This document shows, in pieces, positions 9,569 to 18,379 of a stretch of DNA of 64,000 nt. Under the pieces are notes generated by a model that saw nothing but the letters and a program-made list of their open reading frames with translations, did not search any database and was not told the origin of the DNA. The position numbers and the translations under genes were made by a program. Origin of the DNA: a virus; the IMG/VR virus record IMGVR_UViG_3300027976_000006, positions 1 through 64,000 of that record. One strand, written 5' to 3'. Numbering within the stretch: position 1 is the stretch's first letter; each line of letters opens with the position of its first letter.

Positions 9569-9656
9569 GCATTTGATTCAGCTACCTATTTTTAGTTCAT
9601 TGTGAACTTTAGGGTAGCTGTAATTGTTTTATGGTTTCTACGAAGGAGATTGTATT

Positions 9657-10022
9657 ATGTTGAGTAAAATGTTGGCTTCTGTTAAAAACTGCCGCGCCGA
9701 GCAAAAAGAATTTCAACGAGCTAGGTACGCTCGAGTTGCGGAGCGACTGAATGCGCTGGGGGATGGACTTCTCCAGTTTGAGGTAAAGGGGTGCGCTGGG
9801 CTTGACGACCCACGACATTGGGTTGAGGTCGAGTTGCCCCGCGGGGGGACTAACCACGTCCATGCCTTAAAGCTGTCCTTGACAACTGACCCCGGTTTTC
9901 TCAAGGTGACCGACCATGTCGGGACCAAGTGGGAAAAAATCGACGAAGACGAGCTGATGGGGCACATTGCACTGGATTTCACGGCTCACTTCGAGCCGGA
10001 GGAACCAGAAAAATATTGGTAA
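9657..10022 (+). CDS. Cassette 2 hypothetical protein
   Basis: AAGGAG RBS before ATG 9657, in frame with ORF 9624..10022. Confidence 0.7.
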   Translation: MLSKMLASVKNCRAEQKEFQRARYARVAERLNALGDGLLQFEVKGCAGLDDPRHWVEVELPRGGTNHVHALKLSLTTDPGFLKVTDHVGTKWEKIDEDELMGHIALDFTAHFEPEEPEKYW

Positions 10023-10027
10023 CCAGT

Positions 10028-10068
10028 AAACCCAGCTGCCCTTCGGGGTAGTTGGGTTTATTTTTTTT
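10028..10068 (+). terminator. Intrinsic terminator
   Basis: Identical to 9396-9436. Confidence 0.9.
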
Positions 10069-10080
10069 AGGTATTGTCAT

Positions 10081-10133
10081 ACCTAAATAATAGGTAAATC
10101 GGTGTCATTATTATATAGAGGAAACTTTAACTA
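10081..10133 (+). promoter_or_regulatory. Repeated promoter-like element, copy 3
   Basis: A few substitutions and one indel relative to copy 1. Confidence 0.7.
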
Positions 10134-10188
10134 TTATGTTGGTTAAGGTCGTTCCTCTATTCTTGGTTTCTATGATGGAGATATCGCT

Positions 10189-10404
10189 ATGAGTTTTGCA
10201 AAAAATGAGCGGGTAAAAGACCCGTTCTACGGAGAATTGTCTGCCGAAGAGGCGGAACTCCTGCGGGTGCCCCACGGTACCACTGCCACCGCAGTAACAA
10301 AACTTAGAGAGATTCTAAGAATCTCTCGGCTGATCTGCACATCGGTGGCGGTGGTGTCGGCAGTGGTAATCGCAATGACTGTTGCGATTGCAATTATTTT
10401 TTAA
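10189..10404 (+). CDS. Small membrane-anchored protein
   Basis: GGAG RBS; hydrophobic C-terminal helix. Confidence 0.7.
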   Translation: MSFAKNERVKDPFYGELSAEEAELLRVPHGTTATAVTKLREILRISRLICTSVAVVSAVVIAMTVAIAIIF

Positions 10405-10473
10405 GCAACAACCCCCTGCGTCTAGGTACAAACACAGGGGGATAATTTCAGTACCAAGGAATCGGAGTTTAAA

Positions 10474-10779
10474 ATGGTGCAGATCGTGATTGAAAAGAGG
10501 GCGGTCGTGACGAAGACAATGTTCAGTTGGGCGGATGAAGATAATCTGCTTCACCTGCAGGACGGCATATTAAAAATCCTTACCCGAAAGGGGAAGGAAC
10601 TGAAAAAGGAAAGTTCGGGGATTCCAGCCGGATTTCAGCTGGATAGTCTCGACCCTGCCGGTGTGGGCGTGATGGAGTGCGCATCAGATGCGTATACACC
10701 TGAGCAATTGGTAAAACTGTGGCCGAGAACAGTTGATCCGGACATCTGCTATTTTTATGAGGGGGACAAATCGTGTTAA
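10474..10779 (+). CDS. Hypothetical protein
   Basis: GGAG RBS. Confidence 0.65.
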   Translation: MVQIVIEKRAVVTKTMFSWADEDNLLHLQDGILKILTRKGKELKKESSGIPAGFQLDSLDPAGVGVMECASDAYTPEQLVKLWPRTVDPDICYFYEGDKSC

Positions 10780-10961
10780 TACTAACCCGAAAAACCGGCG
10801 AAACCTTAGCAATAAGGTTCGATGGCAAAGAAGTGGAGGTGCACATTCTAAGCACCCACACTGGTCGAGTTTCTTTGGGGTTTATCGCCCCAAAGGAAAT
10901 CACAATCGCGAGGGGCAGGATTAAAAATCCTGCCAGTATGGCGGGGGGAGTAATTGGGTAA
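10773..10961 (+). CDS. csrA: Carbon storage regulator CsrA/RsmA-like translational regulator
   Basis: MLILTRKxGE...V.V.IL....GRVSLGFIAPKEITIAR matches the CsrA consensus; GAGGGGG RBS, GTG start. Confidence 0.85.
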   Translation: MLILTRKTGETLAIRFDGKEVEVHILSTHTGRVSLGFIAPKEITIARGRIKNPASMAGGVIG

Positions 10962-11034
10962 CCAATGGTCGCAGTATGCGATTTGTTTTTTGATGCTGTA
11001 AAAGCACCAATAACAAATCACATACTGCGATCTT

Positions 11035-11069
11035 CCTTCTTATTACTATATTGTAATAAGGAGGTTTTT
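11035..11069 (+). terminator. Intrinsic terminator closing cassette 3
   Basis: ccttcttattac/gtaataaggagg stem plus T5, followed by ttagctatt as after the 8792 terminator. Confidence 0.65.
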
Positions 11070-11097
11070 CTTAGCTATTGGACAACGAGGGGTAAAA

Positions 11098-11301
11098 ATG
11101 GACAAGTTAGAAAGAGACAATGTGTCAGATGTCTATCAAAGCTTTATGCTGCAAGTGCAGACTGTGCTAGAAGCTAACCTTGCAGCAAAAGCAAAATTAG
11201 ACATCATTGCAGAAGTGGTGGAAGACTTTCAAAAGTTTCGCAAAGCATGCCGGCATGTCAAACGGGTGCTGCGAAAACAAAAATTAGAAGGTACGCATTA
11301 A
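11098..11301 (+). CDS. Hypothetical protein
   Basis: GAGGGG RBS. Confidence 0.6.
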   Translation: MDKLERDNVSDVYQSFMLQVQTVLEANLAAKAKLDIIAEVVEDFQKFRKACRHVKRVLRKQKLEGTH

Positions 11302-11370
11302 TTTTTAGTTCCTTTTTATAAAAGGATACAATAGAATGTCAATAATTAGTTTTACAGAAAGGAACTAAAA

Positions 11371-11700
11371 ATGGCTGTGAAAGCATTGCAAGTAGATATT
11401 CTAGGGGACGGCAGTCGGGGAATGGTATTAATCGAAAGCGATTTACCCTCGTTTGTAGACCAGATTGAGGAGCTAGGGTCGGCTAAGGCACGAGAGTTCG
11501 TGCTGCACGCTACCATCAAGGCTGGCATCAAAGGTTTACCCGGCATAAGCCGAACCGTAGATTCAGCCTATCCTGTAAACAAAGACGGGGAAGCACTGGA
11601 AACCTTAAAGGACGAAAAAGGTAATCCAATTCCGCTTACGGATAAGCGGGCAGCCCCTAAACGCTATCGTGCCAAGTATGAAGTTACGGCACGCCAATGA
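11371..11700 (+). CDS. Hypothetical protein
   Basis: AAAGGA RBS; ATGA coupling to the next gene. Confidence 0.7.
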   Translation: MAVKALQVDILGDGSRGMVLIESDLPSFVDQIEELGSAKAREFVLHATIKAGIKGLPGISRTVDSAYPVNKDGEALETLKDEKGNPIPLTDKRAAPKRYRAKYEVTARQ

Positions 11701-12188
11701 GTCAAGAACTTATTATGCTCGATGAGTCGGCTAAAAAACGGCTCATTAAAGCTATTAATAGCGATCTCGAACAGCTACTGTGGTTGGCAGACTGGTTGCT
11801 CCACCTGAATATATTTTCAGACGCACAGATATACGATGTGCTAAACTTCGTAAAATCCGGAATTGAAGATTTTGCAGAAGCGCTGAAGGAACATAGGACA
11901 ATAACGACTACCATCTGTGTGTGCGATTCTCGCTGGATTTCTATGTCAAACGGAGTTGGATTTTTAGACACGCAAACGGGAGAAGTGATAGATGCGTTAC
12001 CTCAACCTGTCGTAACGGTTATCTTTTGCGACCTTTGCGCGTTGTTACTGCGGATGGAGCACCGAAAGAGGATGTTCAATGGAAACACAAGTGAACGACC
12101 GCCTGCTGAAAACTCTGCTCAAGCAGGCGAACAGCCAGCTGTCGAAGCCAGTACCGAAACTGCTGCAGCGAACACTACTGCTATCTGA
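11697..12188 (+). CDS. Hypothetical protein
   Basis: Coupled ORF. Confidence 0.65.
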   Translation: MSQELIMLDESAKKRLIKAINSDLEQLLWLADWLLHLNIFSDAQIYDVLNFVKSGIEDFAEALKEHRTITTTICVCDSRWISMSNGVGFLDTQTGEVIDALPQPVVTVIFCDLCALLLRMEHRKRMFNGNTSERPPAENSAQAGEQPAVEASTETAAANTTAI

Positions 12189-12864
12189 AGATGCGTTTGC
12201 TACGCCCTTATTTCTGCTAGTTATGGACCGATACGGAGCAGAAGCCTTACACTGGGCACCAGAAACCATTCGGATGGAACTGGAAGACGATTTTCAATGT
12301 AAGCTTCCTTCCGTGTCCTTAGATAAAATTATGGCTGCGATTACAGTCGTAACCACTAATTTTTTCTACAAAGATGTGAGCAGATTCATTTCTATATGTA
12401 ACATTTTTGCAGGTGACGACTTTAATCCCACGGTCTTTGACCCAGCAGATCCTGATGAGCTGTTACTTGGAATCACAGAAAGTATGCTGTTGTGGCCACC
12501 AGACGAAGATAAACAAGACACAGAATTCTCAGAAGAAATACGAGAATACATTAAGCAAACGTTAAGCGTTGAAGGTATACTTCAGCCATTCGATGTCCTG
12601 CGACTGGCGTTTCCCGCCGACCAGTCGATAAATGTTGACGCAGATTACGCCGATGATCCAGAGATGTATTCTGCCATTTATCAAGTACAGCAGGGGAAGA
12701 CGGACGAAATGCGGGGCATATATCTGGATAATATATCAGCACTGGCTCAACAATTATCTGCGTTATCTTTGAAAAACGGTAGCACAGAACCTGTAGTTAA
12801 ACACTTACAGGATATTGTACAAAAGGCAGGGCTGGGAGATAGACAAGAAGGAGAGTCATTATGA
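12079..12864 (+). CDS. Hypothetical protein
   Basis: 261-aa ORF; GAGG RBS. Confidence 0.7.
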   Translation: METQVNDRLLKTLLKQANSQLSKPVPKLLQRTLLLSEDAFATPLFLLVMDRYGAEALHWAPETIRMELEDDFQCKLPSVSLDKIMAAITVVTTNFFYKDVSRFISICNIFAGDDFNPTVFDPADPDELLLGITESMLLWPPDEDKQDTEFSEEIREYIKQTLSVEGILQPFDVLRLAFPADQSINVDADYADDPEMYSAIYQVQQGKTDEMRGIYLDNISALAQQLSALSLKNGSTEPVVKHLQDIVQKAGLGDRQEGESL

Positions 12865-13022
12865 TGACTTTGGCATTGGCATTGGCGTTTGTAACTTCTG
12901 AACCTGCAGCAAGATGCGCAGGAACTTGCAGCAATACTGCTACCGTTAAAAAGGTAGTAGTAACTAAAACGAGAACAAGAAATTGTTCAGCAAGAGCACA
13001 CAGAGTAAAACGCTGTCGTTAA
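12861..13022 (+). CDS. Small signal-peptide-like, Cys/Arg-rich peptide (53 aa; below the ORF-track cutoff)
   Basis: AGGAG RBS, ATGA overlap, MMTLALALAFV...CAGTC...RVKRCR, then a terminator. Confidence 0.65.
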   Translation: MMTLALALAFVTSEPAARCAGTCSNTATVKKVVVTKTRTRNCSARAHRVKRCR

Positions 13023-13041
13023 GTTACTTTTAACCAAACGT

Positions 13042-13079
13042 AAGGGCTAGCATTTTTTACAGATGCTAGCCCTTTTTTT
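13042..13079 (+). terminator. Intrinsic terminator
   Basis: aagggctagcat/atgctagccctt stem plus T-tract. Confidence 0.85.
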
Positions 13080-13099
13080 ATTACACAGAGGAGAAATAA

Positions 13100-13333
13100 A
13101 TGATAGTCAATTTATTCTTTGATGAGCGGGGGCGAGCTTGGTCTAGAGGACCATATAACCCACTCAAAAGGAAACGCTGCCCTTTTAGCCACAACGAGAA
13201 AATCGTCGTAAAGTTGGCAGCGGCTTTAAAGAATCAGACTATGAGAGACTACATAAGGGCGACAGTCGTACCAAAAGCTTTTCAAGACGCAAAAGAAATA
13301 AACGAAATTCTTAACTTGGAGATTGGTATATGA
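13100..13333 (+). CDS. Small ribbon-helix-helix-like (DUF1778-like) protein
   Basis: EKIVVKLAAALKNQTMRDYIR pattern; GAGGAG RBS. Confidence 0.5.
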   Translation: MIVNLFFDERGRAWSRGPYNPLKRKRCPFSHNEKIVVKLAAALKNQTMRDYIRATVVPKAFQDAKEINEILNLEIGI

Positions 13334-13352
13334 ACAAGAAAGGGAAAAAAGA

Positions 13353-14054
13353 ATGAGTCATTTAGCAAGCGGGTTTTGTGTTACAGACATCGAGGCGTTG
13401 GCATTAACCGTGAAAGAGAAATGCCCGCAACTTGAGTTAGTACGCCAAAAAGAATATAGGACATGGGCATCAGACCATGGTGGTAGGCTGGTAGGAGATT
13501 ACCCATTGCCGGGGTTGTATCAGTTGCTAATGGTGGCAGCCTTAAGAAAACAAGGCATTAATGTCCACGCTAAAGCTGCAGCACTTGGAGTTAAGCTGCC
13601 GGCTAATCTAGTAGACTTAGAAACAAAGCCTTGGGATTTAGCTCAACAACGACTATTGCTCCAAGACGAAACGTTTAAAGCTGCGTACGAGAAGATATGT
13701 ACAGAAACAGTGGGCAAGGACGCTGAATTTGTTATTAGATACAAAAAACAAGAAGAAAATAACTATGCGTACGAGATAGGCCTAATACCTCATCCAGTAC
13801 GCAAAGGGGAGTTCGTAATGTTGACGGACTTTTACGCCCAAGGCAACGGATTGCTAAGCGCAAAGGGTGTCGGAGTGCACACAAGCGAAGACAACAGCTG
13901 GGGCGGAGAGCTGAAACAAGCCTACGCAAGTATGGCCGCAGAAAGAGCAATTGTAACTCAGATTAAAGCGGGTAACCCCGAGTACGGTAGGTACGAAAAA
14001 ACGGTACTTTCCGACGGCAAAATTAAGATCGAAGTCTTTCCAAAAGGGAGTTGA
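13353..14054 (+). CDS. DUF1257 (Ycf35-like) family protein with an internal insertion
   Basis: MSH start, D..AL, YEIGL, DFY, LKQAYA, DGKIKIEV; adjacent to DUF2997 and the AAA gene. Confidence 0.65.
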   Translation: MSHLASGFCVTDIEALALTVKEKCPQLELVRQKEYRTWASDHGGRLVGDYPLPGLYQLLMVAALRKQGINVHAKAAALGVKLPANLVDLETKPWDLAQQRLLLQDETFKAAYEKICTETVGKDAEFVIRYKKQEENNYAYEIGLIPHPVRKGEFVMLTDFYAQGNGLLSAKGVGVHTSEDNSWGGELKQAYASMAAERAIVTQIKAGNPEYGRYEKTVLSDGKIKIEVFPKGS

Positions 14055-14055
14055 G

Positions 14056-14253
14056 ATGAGTGATAAAAGAATTGTCGTCATCATTGACGACAAAGGCGGA
14101 GTTCAAGTAGAAGCACACGGGCATAAAGGAGGAAGTTGCAAAGAAGCAACAAGTCCTCTAGTCAAAACGCTGATTGGTGAAAAAGGAGGAGATCGGGAAA
14201 AACCCGAATTCTACCAAGGCGATTTCAAAATTAGAATTTCAGAATTTGAATAA
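14056..14253 (+). CDS. DUF2997 family protein
   Basis: I.IDDKG.V.VEAHG.KGGSC.EAT..L..KPEFYQ. Confidence 0.75.
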   Translation: MSDKRIVVIIDDKGGVQVEAHGHKGGSCKEATSPLVKTLIGEKGGDREKPEFYQGDFKIRISEFE

Positions 14254-14272
14254 CTACTTAAAGGGAAAAAAA

Positions 14273-16105
14273 ATGAAAATTATAGAAAAGTTGTCGGGGT
14301 ACTTTGCAGCAGGCCAATCGGGATTAGTATTAACTTCGGTCGAGCCGGAAGAATGCCTGCGCGAGCTGGCCGAAATGTCTAGATTCTCGCAAGGGGCCGA
14401 GGACAAGCTAGACCTGCTGTTTTGGGACGCAGCGGATGGCGTCACGGATGCGGCAGGAGAGATGGTAAACCTAGAAGAAGAAGACAGCACAAATCAGGAT
14501 ATTGCAGCATTGGGGATTACCCCAACTTCCAAAAAAATAGGATTACATGATACTTTTGTGCTGGTGCTGCGCATGATCAGAGATCGAAGCTACCGAGAGG
14601 CTGCGGGCGAAAGCAGCAACGGGGATAAAAATATACGCATCTTGCTGGTGCGAAACTTTGACAGACACTTGATGCCGCAAGGGCAACAAGGACCAGTGGA
14701 CGGGCTGTTGTTAGCACAAGCTCAGAAAATCATCAACGAAGGGCAAGCTGTGCAAGTATTTCTGATAATGCAAACAACTCCAGAGTTTGAGTTACCTACA
14801 GAGCTTATGGTGCATTGTGAGTATGTGGCACACGATCTACCTGCCAGCGAGGAGCGTAGTAGCATTATTACAGAGCTTGGAGTAGCCGAAGTTAGCCAAG
14901 CGGTGTTAAACGCTACGGCTGGGCTTTCTAGGGCAAAGACTGCTCAGTATGTGGCAGAAACGATGGCAAACTTTGGGTACTTGAACCCAGCTGCTATCTT
15001 TCAGAAGAAAGCGTCGCATTTGAGTCGTGCCTCAAAGCTAGATGTTTGGAGCCCAGAGTTCGTAACACAGATCAAACTTTGGCCGACGCCAGCATGCATT
15101 GAGTTGCAAGAGGCAAGCGATGTAACAATGGTGCAAGAAGAAAGCCATAGCAATAACAAGCAGCTGAAGGAAGGGGAAGTGCGAGTTCGCATCAAATATG
15201 TGAGCAGTGGAAAGAAAGCCATTGAAAAATGGCTAGACCCTATGCCCTTGTCTGACTTTGAAAATAGGTACCGACCTGAGCGAGATTTCTTTTCACTTAA
15301 ATCAGTCGTGGGTTTAAGCGGTTTAAAAGAATTTCTTCGTAAAGGTTTTAGACCTGGTGTTCCAGATCGTGCCCGTATGAAGCATGTTCTAATGCTCGGT
15401 GTCCCAGGCACTGGCAAGTCGTTTACTATGCAATGCTGCTCGGGAGAGTTCAACACTCCGTTGTCTTCAATGCAGGCATCCAATCTGTATTCAAAGTGGC
15501 TTGGTGACACGGACAAGATCTTAGCTAGAATGCTAGCCACAGTTGAGATGATCGGCGGTATTCTTGCCATAGACGAGTTTCAACGATTTCTACCGACTGG
15601 CGGAAGTGGGGGCGAAAGCGGTGGTGTAGAGAGCCGGATGTTGAGCACGCTGCTTAGCTGGTTTAACAATCAGCAGAGTAATTTAGTCTTGTCCGCTGCG
15701 AATAACATCAGCAACCTACCTGACGAGATCACCAGGTCTGGTCGTGTAGATGCGTTAATGTTTGTAGGCTTCCCAGGCCGAGAGGCTAAGGACGCAGCTT
15801 GGCAGATGTACATGCAAAGACACGAGCTTGCCGAACAAGACAGGCCAGAAGATAACTACTGGACTCCAGCAGATATTATGTCTTGCTGCCGGCTAGCCGA
15901 ATTACAAGGCGTATCAATCAAACACGCAAGTCGGTGGATTACACCCTCGTACGAGAAAAACCAAACGCAAATGGACGGGCTGATGGAATGGGCCGAGTCG
16001 GCGGGTTGCATATGCTCCGAAAGCGGAGAACGATTTAAGCGTATAAAAACAAGCTCAGTAACGGGGCCTAAAAAAGTCATCAGAAAAGTAAAAACAATTT
16101 CTTAA
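14273..16105 (+). CDS. AAA+ ATPase (Ycf46-like)
   Basis: Walker A GVPGTGKS, Walker B IDE, SKWLG, AANNISNLPDEITRSGRVD (second region of homology, Arg finger). Confidence 0.9.
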   Translation: MKIIEKLSGYFAAGQSGLVLTSVEPEECLRELAEMSRFSQGAEDKLDLLFWDAADGVTDAAGEMVNLEEEDSTNQDIAALGITPTSKKIGLHDTFVLVLRMIRDRSYREAAGESSNGDKNIRILLVRNFDRHLMPQGQQGPVDGLLLAQAQKIINEGQAVQVFLIMQTTPEFELPTELMVHCEYVAHDLPASEERSSIITELGVAEVSQAVLNATAGLSRAKTAQYVAETMANFGYLNPAAIFQKKASHLSRASKLDVWSPEFVTQIKLWPTPACIELQEASDVTMVQEESHSNNKQLKEGEVRVRIKYVSSGKKAIEKWLDPMPLSDFENRYRPERDFFSLKSVVGLSGLKEFLRKGFRPGVPDRARMKHVLMLGVPGTGKSFTMQCCSGEFNTPLSSMQASNLYSKWLGDTDKILARMLATVEMIGGILAIDEFQRFLPTGGSGGESGGVESRMLSTLLSWFNNQQSNLVLSAANNISNLPDEITRSGRVDALMFVGFPGREAKDAAWQMYMQRHELAEQDRPEDNYWTPADIMSCCRLAELQGVSIKHASRWITPSYEKNQTQMDGLMEWAESAGCICSESGERFKRIKTSSVTGPKKVIRKVKTIS

Positions 16106-16115
16106 GGAGGATTCA

Positions 16116-16703
16116 ATGTTTTCAAGTCTAATGGCAACTCTGTTAGGGCAAGAGCAAATTAATAAACTTATCAAAGAGGTGGTAGAAGAAAAGTTTAATT
16201 CAGCTTTGATGAATGAAACCATAAAAGGTTTCATAGAAGCTGAGGCAAAAAAAGTGGTTGAAGATTTAGATCTTCAATCGACTATGGCAAAAAAGTGGAA
16301 GTTGGAAGAAATTGCGGAGGCCGTTGCCGATGTCATTGATTTAGATGACTTGGCAGATAAAGTAGTTGCTAACATTGCAGTAAGCGACATAGCCAACGAA
16401 TTGGATTTAGATGACTTGGCAGATAAAGTGGCTAAAAAGATAGATCTTGAAGTGGTTGCAAACAGCGTAGATACAGACGACATCGCTAAAAACATCAAGC
16501 TGGGAAAGCTTGCTCGTGAGTTTAGCCCCAGTGACATTGCGGCAGAGCTCGATTTAAAGAGCATTGCGGAAGAAATAGATCTAAACGATTTAGCAGAAAA
16601 TTTAGATGTGAATGCAGTCGCCACGCGTTTTACAGCAGATTATGCTGCGTTAGCACAAGCTTTGCTGGCTCGTATTAAAAACATGGAAACAGCAGACAAA
16701 TAG
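16116..16703 (+). CDS. Acidic repeat protein (D-L-x-x-L-A-x-x-x, ~9-residue repeats)
   Basis: DLDDLADKV occurs twice exactly, plus degenerate copies; AAGGAGG RBS. Confidence 0.75.
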   Translation: MFSSLMATLLGQEQINKLIKEVVEEKFNSALMNETIKGFIEAEAKKVVEDLDLQSTMAKKWKLEEIAEAVADVIDLDDLADKVVANIAVSDIANELDLDDLADKVAKKIDLEVVANSVDTDDIAKNIKLGKLAREFSPSDIAAELDLKSIAEEIDLNDLAENLDVNAVATRFTADYAALAQALLARIKNMETADK

Positions 16704-16710
16704 AACACGC

Positions 16711-16738
16711 AAGGGAGCAATCGTGTTGCTCCCTTTTT
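16711..16738 (+). terminator. Intrinsic terminator
   Basis: aagggagcaa/ttgctccctt stem plus T-tract; same stem as 30972-30999. Confidence 0.85.
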
Positions 16739-16769
16739 ATTTAAAACCAATTTTTTAAGGGGAACTAGT

Positions 16770-18068
16770 ATGACAAAAGTGCAAAAAGAAATGTTCAATG
16801 CCTCCGGAGAGGCAATAGTGAATAATAAAGCAGTGACCTATTGCACTGTAAAGTTTACGGTAGGCTGGCTCCCGGGATCGATAGGATTTACAGAGCAGGC
16901 CAAGGCTGTGTTAGCCGCCAACCTCGGCACTGACTCTAAGGTTATTAGAGGAGCGTATGCAATCTTAGGTGCGTCAAGAGATTCGCTTATCCAAGAAGGA
17001 GCAGCTCTTAGAAGATTGCTAGCCCTAATCAGGGATGGCTATACAATTCCGGAGTATACCTTGGTGTCTTCCGCTGCTTCCGATGTCTCCCACCTGAAAC
17101 CAGAAAAAATCAAGGGGAGTTATTTGATCGAGTCTTGCAAAGTAGAAGAGTTTATGGAAAGGTTCAGCGACGTTCGTTTGCAGTACCTCATGTGGGGAAA
17201 ACGGGTAGCTGAAACCTCTAACTACGATCGGATCAAGGACGCTGATAGAGTCAGTCTCGCCAAGGATTGGGATATTATATGCAGTAAGTACCCGACTGCT
17301 GCGCAATTGGCGGACTCGATTACATGTGATATGCCCCGCATCGAACCATTCGATGCTACATTCACATTAGCAGATGTTGCACCAGCAACCGCAAAGTACC
17401 TAAGGGAGCAAGCGGAGGCTAGGCTTAATGCATCAGTGGAAGGGGCTACAGCCGAACTCGTAGCTGAGTTCAAAGACATGGTTGAAGCTGTTTCTAAAAA
17501 TTGCGGCAAGAGAATTAGGCTTCTGCCGTCTCTTACGCACAAAAACCAAGAATTGCGTTATGCGGAGGTGCAGCAGATTGTGCAGCATAGCGATGACGAA
17601 GAAGTGCCAGTAGGCAAGGTGCTAATCACCGTGCAGACGGCCAGCTTAAAAACTGGCTCTGTGGACTCGTTTGTCCAGACTGGTAAACCTATAACGATGC
17701 TTATGACAGCAACCGAATACAAGGATTTGCAACCATATGAAACTGAAGAGCATCGAGCGTTGACCCAGTCAGCATTTGAGAATCTTCAGTGGTTAGCGCA
17801 AAAGATCTCAGCAGTAAAAACAATGCTGGGAACAAGCGATCAAGTCAACGACCTAACCAGTCTGGCAGACGAGATCACCGCAACTCTAGGCCAATTAGGG
17901 GGCTCGGCAGCTGATATAACCAAACAGTTAAAGAATTCCAATTTTGCTAGGGCAACAACCAAGCAGACATTTGGCAATTTTTTCAACCGTCTTGTTACGC
18001 AAGACATTGAAATTAAAGCAAAAAGTAAAGCGGCACGCCGCATGATTAAAGTAGGGGGAATCAAGTGA
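16770..18068 (+). CDS. Hypothetical protein associated with the AAA module
   Basis: 432-aa ORF, AAGGGG RBS. Confidence 0.75.
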   Translation: MTKVQKEMFNASGEAIVNNKAVTYCTVKFTVGWLPGSIGFTEQAKAVLAANLGTDSKVIRGAYAILGASRDSLIQEGAALRRLLALIRDGYTIPEYTLVSSAASDVSHLKPEKIKGSYLIESCKVEEFMERFSDVRLQYLMWGKRVAETSNYDRIKDADRVSLAKDWDIICSKYPTAAQLADSITCDMPRIEPFDATFTLADVAPATAKYLREQAEARLNASVEGATAELVAEFKDMVEAVSKNCGKRIRLLPSLTHKNQELRYAEVQQIVQHSDDEEVPVGKVLITVQTASLKTGSVDSFVQTGKPITMLMTATEYKDLQPYETEEHRALTQSAFENLQWLAQKISAVKTMLGTSDQVNDLTSLADEITATLGQLGGSAADITKQLKNSNFARATTKQTFGNFFNRLVTQDIEIKAKSKAARRMIKVGGIK

Positions 18069-18379
18069 TCGTCTTCATAGAAAAAGACGGAACAACGAAA
18101 GGGTTAGTCAGCCCAGTTACCCAGCTACTCCGGCTGGGTAACATTAGAAGGGTCAGCCACATTGAACCTACTAACGCGGTATTGCGTTGGTTGTTCCATT
18201 GCGTTCGATATCAGGTGGCTGACACCTCTTACCTCGCAGCGTTCACTCGTTGCTGGCCTTGTCAATGGCGTGCAAACATTGTTAACGGGCCTACTATGGG
18301 CCCGTTCAGAAACCGGCAAGATGCCATCAAAGCGGAAGTTCTTTGGATTGAAACAAAATTAGGAGTTAATTATGAATAA
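18065..18379 (+). CDS. Small protein with RRxSHxEP...GPF..R.DA..AE..W motif
   Basis: Motif recalled from proteins that accompany DUF1257/DUF2997/AAA modules. Confidence 0.65.
   Translation: MIVFIEKDGTTKGLVSPVTQLLRLGNIRRVSHIEPTNAVLRWLFHCVRYQVADTSYLAAFTRCWPCQWRANIVNGPTMGPFRNRQDAIKAEVLWIETKLGVNYE

Noticed and set aside
9500-9580. tRNA (a GGTTCCAAGTCC T-arm-like motif is present)
   Set aside because: No acceptor stem or D-arm; the sequence fits the twister P4 loop and pseudoknots better. No tRNA was recognised elsewhere in the window.
10965-11177. ORF 10965..11177
   Set aside because: It runs through a long hairpin and a terminator, and overlaps the better-supported gene at 11098.
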